Source of the DNA: the human T2T-CHM13v2.0 reference genome, Homo sapiens
Reading direction: 5' to 3' (one strand)
Length of the DNA: 64,000 bases
Assembly (NCBI RefSeq): GCF_009914755.1
Contig: NC_060931.1
Shown: positions 1-20,430 of the stretch, in pieces
How the letters are laid out: each line of letters starts with the position of its first letter
Numbering within the stretch: position 1 is the first letter of the stretch
The notes under the pieces: model-generated
What the model was told of the DNA's origin: nothing
The model's input: only the letters and a program-made list of their open reading frames with translations
Database searches by the model: none
Program-made: the position numbers and the translations under genes

Positions 1-285
<285 letters not shown>

Positions 286-1619
286 TTAGTATGGATATAT
301 GCTGCTTTTCTAAAGAATTCCTCTACTCGGATGGAGGGCAGTGGCTTGGGACTCTCAACACCATTGCAGTTCGATACTGCTGCATTTGTCTTCATTTTAG
401 CCAGTTGATTTAGATCATTTACTGAATTACCATTTTGGGCACTTTGGGAGGTGCTACTTTAGACTCTAGTTGACTGATACGATGAATGTCTTTCTGTTGA
501 CATATAGTAAGCTATATTAAAAGAGGAGAGACACACTCTGGTAGGTGGAATAATAGTTTTTATTTTATGAGGAAACATCGGGAAAATGTAGACAAGCTCT
601 TGTTATAAATGTAATTAACAAATATATGCCATTTATTATTGAGCCATGGATTTGTAACAGATTTTCTAACATAAAGTAATTTTTACAGGTAAAAATAAGT
701 TTTAAATTATTCTACCAGTCAGATAAATTTCCCAATTCCATTCTTTGACATCACTGTTATATTTTAATCTTTTGAGTTAGATTGTCTTTTAGAAATACAT
801 CATTGAAGTTTTTTAGACACAGTATCTTGAAGTCTAAGAGGTGTATTAATTTTTTGTTAGGATTGAGTGCTATGTGTGAACACAGATTTGCACGATCTTA
901 CATGGGAAATGTTATCTTGCACCTTATTGTTTGGTATTTAACTGTTGTGATTTAATAGGTGGAACATGTTTTTTTTGCAGTTTCAAAACCTTTGTTATTT
1001 TACTTAGAAATTATGAACAATTTTTAAAGATATTTGTGACTAATATAAATTTATTTATTTGAACACTGAAATGTATTTTCACACAAATTTTTAATATTTT
1101 GATTTTCTTAAACAGGAGTTTATAATTTCTATCACAGATGTAAGAAAAAAATTGTTCTTAAAATTCCGATTCTGATTTTCTCCTTATGGAATAATACTCC
1201 TGTTTTTACTTTGAACTCTTAGCAGTTTCTGTCTATTTCATTTTGTAAATTAGAATGAAATATAGGCTATTTGATTTCAGTCTTGGACTTTTGCCACTCA
1301 GATGTGTTTCATCTGTGGTTGATTTAATTCATTTGGTCAAATAACCTGCAGCTGGTGATAAGTAGAGGGGCTATATGCATTGCCAGTCTGTGGCCGGCTC
1401 CATATAGCACAGTTAGCTCTGCTGTACGCATTAAGGGTTTAGGGCACTGGCTCTGTATAGCATTTTGAGTACTGTTGGAGTTAATGTGCATTTGTCAGTA
1501 ACTGGAATAACTTTTTATCAGTCATGGTTTAAATCTTTGTAACAGCTATTTATATAATGATTTAGTTTGAGCTCCTCTCTTCATTGGGTGCTTTTTTTTT
1601 TTATTTTCGTCCTCTCTAG

Positions 1620-1938
1620 TTCTCAGGGTGTTACAATTAGTCTGAATGCTACATCTGGCATGGTTACATCATTTGAACTCTCTGACAACACTAACGACCA
1701 ATCTGGAGAACAGGAATCTGAGTATGAACAAGAACAAGGAGAGGATGAACTGGTTTATCACAAATCTGATGGATCAGAATTGTATACTCAAGAGTACCCA
1801 GAAGAAGGACAGTATGAAGGCCACGAAGCTGAGTTGACAGAAGACCAAATAGAATATGTGGAAGAGCCAGAGGAGGAGCAGCTTTACACTGATGAAGTGT
1901 TAGACATCGAGATCAATGAACCTTTAGATGAATTTACA
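1620..1938 (+). CDS. RBM33: RBM33 coding exon (319 nt), acidic Glu-rich region (S)SQGVTISL...EPLDEFT
   Basis: Pyrimidine tract plus ctctag acceptor (AG 1618-1619); donor aca|GTGAGT at 1939; lies in ORF 1567..2004; starts phase 2, ends phase 0. Confidence 0.93.
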
Positions 1939-2954
1939 GTGAGTCTTTTCTCCTTTGTATGGCCAAAGATAACCTGGCTTCCCATGCATAGGCTTCTAGA
2001 CTGATTTGAAATCTATTTACCTCCCCTGGGAGGGAGGGGAAATTAGACCTTATTATCACTCTCTGCCAGTTTCTTTATCTGAGCTATGACAAAGTTTGTG
2101 TTGACAGCTTGTTTGACCAGAGGTAATGCTCCTTTGTCATTCTGGAAGGCTGCAAAGAATCGTGACCTTGAGGATTGTACCCTAAGGAAGAAAACAGCTT
2201 TGTGTGGTGGGGATACACTGTCAATTGTTAGGAGTACTTAATGCAGAGCTTTTATCCTGGCTTTAGACAAGATCTGATAAAGTCCTTCTAAGGCGAAAAG
2301 ATTATTGACCTGCTAAAGACATCTTTAAGGTGCTAATATTCCAGAGTGATTGATGTCCTGTTCATTCATCCTTTTTGTAGATGAGAACTGTCTAAACCTG
2401 AATAAAGAGATTGGAGGTTAGTTTAGGAAATGTCACATATAATTCGTTATCTATAATCAGGAAGCAAGATTGTGCTGATTTTTTATTTCAGAAAGATGAT
2501 TTTGGTAGGTAGTTTTTTTTTTTCAAAGTTGAACCAACAAGAAAGAAAAAATGTACTAGTGTAAGATTCTCACCTTTAAATGACTCATTATCAAAAGAGA
2601 TTTGTTTTTTAAAATAAGCATGTAACGAAATTTATGAGGGAAGGATGTGATCTCAGTAGCTGTAGTAGAATCTTAGGGTTTTTGGGAACACTATGGGGGC
2701 CGAGTGAATGGGGCTGTTGGGATGGTGACAGAAGTATGCAAAATTGGGGCCTTAAAGAGCCCATTTGCAATGGGAGTAGCTTTGCTTTTCTGTATTTACA
2801 TCTTCATTCGGAGGAAGCTTTTGTTTCAAAAAAATAGTTTAGAAGTTGCTGAATTGTGGTCATGTGTATGAGTAATTTTGAAAAGGATTAATTGTTTATG
2901 TGGAACCTTTGAATATTTAGTTCCAGTCATGATTGTATTTAGGTGTCTCAGTAG

Positions 2955-3250
<296 letters not shown>

Positions 3251-5962
3251 CTCAATAGTTTTAAGATTTAATTTTTTTTGGTTAATATTTGCTCTTTGGT
3301 AGATACAGTAATGAGAGATGTTTGTAGTTTTGGTAAATAGAATCATGTAAAAGGCATCATGGGGAACTTGTTATTTCCATAACCCTGTAATAATTTGTTC
3401 TAGTAATCCTTCGCTAATGTAGGCACGTGCCTTCTGCTTTACTGGTGTGTTTGTATGCTCTTAAAGTTAGACACTGTAATTTAAAATGCTTTTTGAAAAT
3501 TAAACCAAGATCTTTTAGAATTGTGCCTAGTTATTGCCTAGTTAGAGTATTTTATTATTTCTGTTACTCATCAGTAAAGTAAGATGATTGGCTAATCGTC
3601 CTGGGTTCTTTCCTCCTGTAAGTTCAGCAGTCCAACAAGTCTTTACTGATGTCTAAGCACTGCGGACACAAATATTGCTAAACCGTGTCATGAACATTGG
3701 CCCTGCCTGTGAACTTAGTACTAGGTGGCACAGATCATAGCGTGGAAGGTGCCTGATAGAATGCATGTGCACAGCCACACGGGAGGTCTCTTTCACTTTG
3801 GTGTTCTTGCAGAGTTTGTTGTAAAGAGAATTTCCAAGTGAGGAATTTCCCTCTCTGGTATTCCATTGTCAAACTTGAGATTACACATAGGCCCCAGTTG
3901 TAATAAAATCCAACTTAATTATCCAACATCTTGTGGTCTAAGATTCAGGTGTTGAAGAAAATGTGGCAATTTAATAATACTCACGGTACTCTTCCACATT
4001 AAAATGAATTTTTTTTTCAGAATTAAAGTCTTGAAGTAAAAAAAAAAAACTTAGAAATTCTGGAAGTGTTCTGATGTTTTCACAGAGAGTTGTAAAGTTT
4101 AAAGTTGAGCAGTAGTAGTTCAATGTCTCTCTGTGAGCAATGTCAGTTCATCTTGATACATGTGTTCTAGCCGTGGTCATTCTTTTCTTGCTTTATGATG
4201 ATCACAATGGTAACATCTGAATGATCTGAAATGGCCGCTTCCTTGGACAGGAGGAGATACGCAGAGAATTAAATTGTGAGGTACTCTTATCTTGCTCGGC
4301 AATGGGAGCCTCTCTCTGTCTTCGGAGGCTGTCACTGAAGCCCAGATGATTTATTCACCATTAGACTAATGAACACATGAGCAGATTGTGTCTCTGTGTA
4401 CCCCAATGGCATTTTAGTTTATTAAATGACTTGTATAACTGTGATTTTTGTTCTCCCTTGGGTTGTTAACCCCCACTCTAAGACTTGAACTCTGAAATGT
4501 GGATCTGTTGGAACCTACCTGTAAAGCCACATGGAGGGGCTTTGGTGCATAACAGGGAGTAGAATCATGAAACCCCAGAATGTACAGTGGGAGGGTTTGC
4601 TGTTCCCTATGAAGAAAGCGAGGTCCAGAGACATCAATAAAGCTGGATGCACAGCTCTGCTGTCCTTTCCTGTGAATGTTGCTGGTGCTGTTCTTGAGAG
4701 TGAATTGTGATTTCATTTGAAAATGTGTGCTCATTATATTAGTAAGGAGTGTATATTGGTTTAGTCGACAAAATATTAGAAAATGGTTGAGTGACTTTTA
4801 CCTTTAAGTGCAATCAGTTTATTTAAGGCCTTTAAAGTTAACATAGATTAAGATTTTATTGTTCTGTAAAAACAATTTCAGGTTGACATTTTATGTCATG
4901 GGTAGCAGATGTTTGTTTCCCAGCGAGAATCCAGGGGTGTGGACTGTACTGCATTGTACACTGGCTGAAGATTTGGATTAGCATCATTTATTTGACTTTA
5001 TTTGAAATCTGAATGTCCTGCTGCCCGTGATTCATGGGTAGTGATAATTGTTATTCTGATAGGACGCTAACAGTTTTTTCTGGAAAATAAAATGTGTTGT
5101 GTTCAGATTGTCTTGAGAGAATTGTGGGAACTAAGGTGGTTTGTCACCTTAAATACAGCTGCTTTATTTGGTGGTTCTAGATGAGACTGTCATGTACCAT
5201 ACAGTAGGTTGTTAAATTTCTGTAGGTTGTTCACTCTTTGAGGTTGTCTGCTTTGGAACCATTTTACTGTTCATTTTTTAGCAAGTAGGCTGGGACCCTG
5301 GGAAGTCTACCTCCGCTGAGTAGGATCAGACGTTGTCACTTGTTAGCAATACCAGAAGCCCTTTTTTCTTCTCTGCAGTTGCGGTCGTCTCCAGCCAGCT
5401 TGCCTGCTTTCTTCCATCTACCCAGAAGAGATTCTTGCTTGCTAATACGCCCCTTAAGTTTCATACAAAACCTGAAATCTTTCTCTCATTTGAGAAGGGG
5501 GCCTAATGGAGAAACATACTAATCACGATTTTTAAAAAGCTCCTCTGTTTAATTGCTGACACTTTTGTTGTCTTACATTGCCACAAAAATAGAGTTGGGC
5601 ATGATTTCAGCCCCCTTCTGCTGCTGAGCTCCTTTTTGAGAGCACATAAACCATGTCTTTTGAAGGTGGCTCTTCCGTGCTGTTGATTTGCAGAGGAGCT
5701 GTGTGACAGGGCACTTGGAGTGTGAAGCAGAGCCCACGGCACTTGCTCTGGTGGCTGGGCCAGCATGATATGCTTTGTTTGCATTAACACGCAGAGGAGG
5801 TTCCCCTCTGTTTCTGGGCCTGGTGCTTTGTGCTCAGTCAGCTAATCACCATAGTAAAACTTTCTACAATTATTAAGCATGAATCATAAAGACGAAAAGT
5901 ACGTAAAAAAACCACCCCAAAGCTGTATGAGAAAAACTTGTTTTCTCTTTAATGGCTGTTAG

Positions 5963-6082
5963 GATGAAGAATACTTGCAGGCTTATGGTGGGCAACAAGG
6001 GCTGCAAGAGCAGGAAGACTGTGTGGCTGAAGATGAATTAGATGAGATTACTGATGCCCAGGTTGCTCCTGCAACTGAAGAG
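5963..6082 (+). CDS. RBM33: Probable alternative in-frame cassette exon of RBM33 (120 nt; DEEYLQAYGGQQGLQEQEDCVAEDELDEITDAQVAPATEE)
   Basis: ctgttAG acceptor (5961-5962); GAG|GTATTT donor at 6083; phase 0/0 with no stops; acidic composition matches the flanking exons. Confidence 0.75.
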
Positions 6083-7726
6083 GTATTTGTTCATCTTTTA
6101 AAAAGAGTAAAAAGTTTGCTGTTTCCCTCCCCCAGACTTAAAATGAGCATCTTTTTAGCATTAGCGAAAGTCGATACGTATCTTTGAACTGTGAGTGTAT
6201 AGTGAAAAACTTGAACTTTCTAGGCTCCTTGGGAAGTGAGTTCTGGTGTGCTGTGATTTCCGCATAGCGTGTGCCGTTTAAGTGTTAGAGTGTTGTAAAT
6301 GTTTTGTGGGGATGTGGGTGGAAATAGTTCAGAAATGTGACGTATATGTTAGTGCTTTGAAAGCAGTGCGGTAATTCTTTTTAATTAGTAACAGTTAATT
6401 TGGACCATTCAACAAATACTGCAAGGTTTCTGTAATTAGGTGCATTTTTAGTGTTGAAGAAGTAAGGATGATGAAGCTTGAATCCTGCTTTCAAGGAAAT
6501 TGGAGTCTAATATAGGAGAGAAAAAAGACCTGTAAATACCTGTGATGGGAAAACAAAAGTAAAACCTCCCAAGAGAGGCTCAGAGACAGTGCTAGGAGCT
6601 CACCGAGGAAACCCCGTGGGGAGAGAGGTTCGTGGTCGACGAGGCTTTATGGAAGGAGGTGAACCTCTGAACTCTGAGGTAGGTCTTGAAAGATAGATTG
6701 CATTTGTACTGAGAAAGGTGGGGTGAGGCATAGAGTTAAATAGTTGCTGTTCTCTTACCCCAGAACTAGCTGCTGTGGGCCAGACATGCAAGCCACAAAT
6801 CATTCTTCAGCCTGAGAACTTCACAAGAGTTTTTCTTAATACAGTTTTCATCTTTTGTCAGGAGGCCATGAAAACTGATATTTACTGGCTTAGGCCATTT
6901 ACTTTAGGTGTTATTTCAAGGATTTAGACACTCAGTCCAGAAAACATTTACTTTACCCTTTTCCCCCCCAGTATGAATAATACTATGACAGTCTATGAAT
7001 GTGTATGCTGTGCACATTACAAAACAGAAGTACTTCTTGCACATACCCTTTCTCCCCCTCCACCAAACTAAATTCGATTTTGTGTGTGTGTGCTTTCTTC
7101 TCTCTTTCTTTCTCGCTCGCTATTTGAAATAATTTGAAACTTAGAGAAAGGACAGAATAATACAAAGAACTCTTACCCAGATTCTCCAGTTGTAGAAGAA
7201 TGTCCAAGAACTAAGACAAAGCTAAAGAAGATATTAAAAGTGTGCAGAGAGTAGAGGTTAGGTGTGTCTTGTTCATCACTGTATTCTGTAGCACTCTTTA
7301 TTACAAAGCTAGCACCAGTCTAGGTTAAACCTGAAAAGGGGTAATTTAGGCGGAAGACATCTGAGAAAAATCTAAGTAGCCAGTAAAGGAGAGAGAAGTA
7401 GACAGAAGACTGCGTGGAGATCATTCCAGGTGGTAAATAGTTGAGAGAGAAACCAAGGAATTCGGTGCCTGTTAATTCCATGTCCTTTTTGTTCGTGGTA
7501 TTTTTTTTCTTTTTTTTTTTAAATTATATTTTAAGTTCTAGGGTACATGTGCATAACGTGCGGGTTTGTTACATATGTATACATGCACCATGTTGGTGTG
7601 CTGCACCCATTAACTCGTCGTTTACATTAGGTATATCTCCTAATGCTGTCCCTCCCCGCTCCCCCCACCCCATGACAGGCCCTGGTGTGTGATATTCCCC
7701 TTCCTGTGTCCAAGTGTTCTCATTGT

Positions 7727-11538
<3,812 letters not shown>

Positions 11539-11601
11539 TATGATGTTAGCTGGTTATTTTGCTCGTTATTTGATGCAGTTTCTTCCTAGTATCGATGGTC
11601 T

Positions 11602-12462
11602 TTACAATTTGGCATGTTTTTGCAGTGGCTGGTACCGGTTGTTCCTTTCCACGTTTACTGCTTTCTTCAGGAACTCTTGTAGGGCAGGCCTGGTGGTGAC
11701 AAAATCTCTGAGCATTTGCTTGTCTGTAAAGAATTTTATTTCTCCTTCACTTATGAAGCTTAGTTTGGCTGGATATGAAATTCTGAGTTGAAAATTCTTT
11801 TTTTTAAGAATGTTGAATATTGGCCCCCACTCTCTTCTGGCTTGTAGAGTTTCTGCTGAGATATCCGCTGTTAGTCTGATGGACTTCCCTTTGTGGGTAA
11901 CCCGACCTTTCTCTCTGGCTACCCTTAATATTTTTTCCTTCATTTCAACTTTGGTGAATCTGACAATTATGTGTCTTGGAGTGGCTCTTCTCGAGGTGTA
12001 TCTTTGTGGCATTCTCTGTATTTCCTGAATGTGAATGTTGGCCTGCCTTGCTAGATTGGGGAAGCTCTCCTGGATAATACCCTGCAGAGTGTTTTCCAAC
12101 TTGGTTCCATTCTCCCAGTCACTTTCAGGTACACCAATCAGACGTAGATTTGGTCTTTTCACATAGTCCCATATTTCTTGGAGGCTTTGTTCGTTTCTTT
12201 TTACTCTTTTTTCTCTAAACTTCTCTTCTGGCTTCATTTCATTCATTTGATCTCCAGTCACTGATACCCTTTCTTCCAGTTGATCGAATCGGCTACTGAA
12301 GCTTGTGCAGTCATCACGTAGTTCTCGTGCCATGGTTTTCAGCTCCATCAGGTCATTTAAGGACTTCTCTACACTGGTTATTCTAGTTAGCCATTCGTCT
12401 AATCTTTTTTCAAGGTTTTTAGCTTCTTTGCGATGGGTTCGAACTTCCTCATTTAGCTTGGA
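11602..12462 (-). pseudogene. L1 ORF1p remnant with the N-terminus truncated
   Basis: ORF 11602..12348 carries ORF1p motifs (RPNLRLIGVPE, REKG, ARREW, YPAKLSF); the frame stays open up to the truncation point. Confidence 0.93.
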
Positions 12463-12802
12463 TGTTTGTGGTATTTTGAAGTTGGAAAACTAATTTTATT
12501 GTTTGTTTTTCCTTGTAATTTATTTTAGTTTTTAGATAACAATATTTTCTTTATTCTTCCCTGATACTCTATAATATTTGTAGCATATCTTAAAATAGGG
12601 AAAGGTTTTGTAGATTTCAGTTTTCAAATGATGGTTAGTAAACTTTTATTGCAAGGCAGTTAAAGAATGTTAACAAGTATTATCATTGCCTGGGTGCCTT
12701 CTGGAAGTGCCTTCTAGTTCTAGATGTTTTTAACTTCAGTTCCTGGACAGTCCTAATTAATACATTAAAACAAAAGAGAGCTACTATAAAAAATGGTGAC
12801 CT

Positions 12803-13093
12803 GGCTGGGTGCTGTGTCTTATGCCTGTAATCCCAGCACTTTGGGAGGCCTAGGTGGACGGGTCACTTGAGCTCAGGAGACCAACATGGGCAACATGGCA
12901 AAGCCCCATCTCTACCAAAAATACAAAAAATTAGCTAGGTGTGGTGGCACACACCTGTGGTCCCAGCTACTCAGGAGGCTGAGGTTGGAGGATCACTTGA
13001 GCCCAGGAGGTGGAGGTTGCAGTGAGCTGTGATTGCGCCACTGCCCTCCAGTTTGGGTGACAGAGTGAGACCCTCTGTCCAAAAAAAAAAAAA
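12803..13093 (+). mobile_element. Alu (AluJ-like)
   Basis: Diverged Alu with aggatcacttgagcccagg (J-type) and a poly-A tail. Confidence 0.95.
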
Positions 13094-15489
13094 GAAAATT
13101 TTTTTTTTCTTTGATTTTCAGTGTCTCTTGTGTGGGGGAGGAGGGAGAAAAAGAAGGACAAATAATGTGGGACAGTAATTCAGGACTTGATTAAGCAAAT
13201 GAACAATAGGTGTATGAAAATATATTCAGTAAAAATTAAAAGAAAATGGAGAATTTTAACCTACTTTAATATTAACAGACCTCAGAATTATTGATCAGAT
13301 GTAGTCTGATTCACTTGAGGGAGCGTTTTGGTAACATTGTCAGGAGACAGTTTTCTGAGGGTCCTTCATTTAGCTGCAGGTTTTGTGAGCAAAGCGAGCA
13401 AATCACTGCCTGTCCTTTGTTCCGGAATATCTTTTAGAGGATTCTGGTGTAGCAGACAGCTACAGATGCAGTGTCTTCCTCTGGAGTCAAGGACAGGTTT
13501 GCTTACTCCCCATTGTGACACATTCAGGGTTTCCTGTGCAGAGAAGTCCTTCCTGTAACACAACCTCCTATGTGTGCAGGGTCACCTGGCTCTCTTCACA
13601 CGGCCCAGTTGGGAGTGGGGCTTCTTGGAGCTGGTGCAGAATGCTACTGCTAGTGATACAGATAACATTCTCCTAGTCTCCTTATTTCTGACGAAGAGTC
13701 TTAGCTTTCTTACAGCTTCCGTGAAATGGTGGCCAACTAACTTGTTAGCTTGCAAGTAGAGTAAAATCTTATACTCTTCACTGTTCTTGACAGTATTAAA
13801 AGCTTTAAAGCTCCTGTCCTTGGACTCAACAATTCCACTTTAACAAATTTATCCAAAAGAATTAATCTGTGTTCAAAGGTATATGTATCAAGTATTTGTT
13901 TGCAGCATTGAAAATAAATGGAACCAATGTATAAAAGAGTAAATCATGGCCTAACCTTAAAGTGTAATGCAGTATACCAAGTGTTGTCTTAGTTCTGTTT
14001 GACTTGGAAAGGTGCTCGTGATGCATTAAGTGTAAAGAGCAAGATGATAGAATTCTTCCCTTCAGCTCCCCCTGTAACTGCAAATCTAAATATGTGTGTG
14101 TAATTCTCAAAAAAAACAAAAAGTCTATGTAGTTACAGATGGAAATGGTAATAATGATTACTACTAAATGGTGGAATTATTTAGTCTTTGTATTCCAATA
14201 TTTTCTGATTTAAAAATTTTTTTACTGTAAGCGAGAAATATTCTTTTTCCTTTTTAAATATGAAAAGACAGGGAAACATAAGGTGGTTAAACGCCGACCC
14301 TTGAATTTGGAAGGCAAAGAGCTAGAAGTTGCATCTGTTTCACTCTTGTGATTTTTTTTTCTTTTTTTTTTTTCTTTTTTTGCTGTTAACACTCTCACAT
14401 GAAACTTCCTAAGGGTTGTTTTCAGTATGAATCTTTCTAGCAGAAAGTAAGAGCTCATCCATATTAAGTATTTTGTCTTTTTTATACCATCTGCTAGATG
14501 TATTATTTACTTTTTACTTTTAAACTGTGTATCTCATAATTTAATTTTAAATTTACTGTTGAAAAATATTTTTAAAAGGTATTCGTATATTTACTTTTTT
14601 TATCCTTTCCTTGATGGTTTTAGTTTACTTTGTTTATGTTGCTTGCTTTTGTGATGATGGCAGGTTCTTTGTGATGCTCTTGATCTTAGGACTTTCAGTT
14701 GTCCTTCCTGGAGGCTGGTGATGTGCTGGTCTTTTCCACTAGCAATAAATATTTGGGGCTTTTTTTTTTCCCGGCTGCATTGTAGAATATTAGTCAATGA
14801 GATAATTATTGGGAACTCATGCGCATAATACTGTTTTAAGTGCTGAGAAGTAGAAGTTGCTAGTATTTCAACTTTTGTAGGATTTGGTTTTGGAGGGCTT
14901 GTGATCCATCTTTTTTAGAAGTCTAAATAAACTGTGTAGTCCTCAGGGAGGAGTACCATTTTTAATGTGCCACATATCCGTCTGTTTTGGTGTCTTCCTA
15001 GTTCCTGGACTCCCTTTCCTAAATATCTGCATTGTTGCCGAGCATCCTGTTGTGCCCCATCTGTGTTGCCGCACGCTTTGGTCTGCATTGCTTAAGACTG
15101 GCAGAAAGGGTGTTGCGGTTTTCCAGATGACTTCATTCTAGGAGCTCTGTTAAGGTCTATATTAGAATCTTAATTATAGAACTTAAAAGCAATTAATTAA
15201 TTTTAATTGAAAAGCCTATTTTAGGTGACTCCTTTTATTTAACTAATGTTCTTCCTTGGTTCATATAGAGAAATCATTATATTTGAAACAAGTTAGATCT
15301 AATTATAAAGACTAAATATCAGTCTTTTATAGTTAATGCGGCCACATTAGTGCTAGTTATGCTATTGTCTTCTAACATAGTTACTTAAAAAGACTTGCCA
15401 TTTTCAGATAGTTTTGGCATGTGTAGAGGAAGAAATGAGAGAAGCTTTAAAAACATATTTGCACCATTTAAAATACTTGTGAAATGGTG

Positions 15490-18430
<2,941 letters not shown>

Positions 18431-19116
18431 TCTGATTTTTCACAGTTTGCTTAGTCTTTCCAACCCATAAATTTTCACTGTTGGTAGAATGACTTTCATT
18501 TTTATTTGATGATGTATCAATAATTCTATCAATAAGCATTAAAAACTTAGTGAGCTTTTTGTAAGCAATGTTTTCTCTTTTGCACTCTCTCTCTCTATAT
18601 ATATATAGATTTGTGTGTGTGTGTGTGTGGTGTATGTGTTTCAGAGAACTACCCATTGTTTCTGTTTAGATTTTGGGATAGAATATTGAATTTTCTTTCA
18701 GAACACTGAGATCATACTTTCATTTCAGAATTAGCTGGAGAACTTCAAAATATATACAAGTCTGAGTATTTTTCCCTCTTTGCTTTTCCAGTTCTTTCTA
18801 CATTTACGAAATAAAGCCTAAGTGGACCTCTCTGTTTTTTTAAGTACTTTGATGGTGATTTTCATATGCAGTCTGTATTAAGGATTAAAAATAAATCTTT
18901 CAGGTTTTCACAATAAATCAGTAACTAAAAATCAAACCTTTGACTATTTTTGTCAATGTCTATAGTGAAATGAAAGATTTACATGCACATTTAAATGTTT
19001 ACACAACATAATCTTAGGATAGTTTGATTTTTATGTTGTAGCAGCACACTACCCATCAGTGGAATGTAGCTTGTCAATGGCATGCTAGGTAATATTTGTT
19101 AAAAATTATACAGAAG

Positions 19117-19409
<293 letters not shown>

Positions 19410-19679
19410 TTATACAGGAGGTCAACGTTTTGGCAGACAGGTTAGTTTTCTAAACCATATGGTGAAGGGGGATGGATTTTTTAAGCCCCATATTTAGAAT
19501 AAGAGGCTGAAGAATTAAGTCTAGCTTAGTGGATGTTGTCAGATGGGCTGCAGTTAAGCAAGTGCTATCAGCCGTGTTTGGTGGTTTGTCAGGTTAGTTT
19601 CCCTAATCTTTGATGTAGTTCAAGGATTAACTGAGCCCCAAGATTTGGACCAGAAGTTTGCATTCTAGGATGGTTCCAT

Positions 19680-20050
19680 CACTCAAAAATATTCCTTGTG
19701 CTATCCTTTTGTGGCCATACCTTTCCTTCTTTCCTAACCACTGGTTACCAGTGTAATTTTGTTCCTTGGAGAATATCATATAAATGGAATCATTGCAGTG
19801 TATAACCCTTTGAGATTGACTTGTTTTACTCAGTATAATGATGCCTTTATGGTTTTATCCCTGTTATGTCAATAGACCTATTGCGAAGTAGCATTCTGTG
19901 GTTTGGATGTACAAGAGTTTATCCATTCATTCATTGAAGGACATTTAAGTGTTTCCAGTTGTAGTGATCCTGAATAGAATAAACATTTTCCTATAGGTCT
20001 ATTTGAACATAAGGTATCATTTCTCTAGGGTAAATATCTAGGAAGAAACA
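19680..20050 (-). mobile_element. Old L1M 3' fragment
   Basis: atatcatataaatggaatcat...ttactcagtataatg...attgaaggacattt motif typical of L1MC/ME. Confidence 0.6.
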
Positions 20051-20259
20051 ATTTTCAACTCATCTTTATCCTCTTTAGATTTCTTAGATGGAGATTTGGA
20101 TGCAGAATAAGCTATATTAATTTCCGTGCTGTCTTGTTTTACATTAAACTTGTTTGGAAAGTCTTTGAACTGTGCTTACAGTTGTTAATAGTTGAATTGA
20201 AGATGACTTTGTAGAATCTTTGCTTTGTTGGTAGTGATTTCTTTTCCTCCCTTTTGGAC

Positions 20260-20430
20260 TTGCTACTCTACTCAGTGTAGTCTGTGGACCTGAAATGTTG
20301 GCGTCACCTGGGAGCTTGTTAGAAATGCAGAACCCCAGGCCCCATCCTGAATCGGCTGAGTCAGAATCTGCTTTTCAACATGATTCCCACTGATGACTGG
20401 GCATTGAATTGGAGAAGTGCTGCTCTAGAG
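20260..20430. mobile_element. MER5A-like hAT (Charlie) relic
   Basis: cacctgggagcttgttagaaatgcagaa...tcagaatctgc signature. Confidence 0.8.

Noticed and set aside
1433-1444. Telomere-like aagggtttaggg
   Set aside because: It has only two imperfect units and is not significant.
4190-4345. C/D box snoRNA (ATGATGA at 4195 with downstream CTGA motifs)
   Set aside because: The nearest CTGA boxes are too close (about 35 nt span) and the distal one has only a weak, off-register terminal stem.
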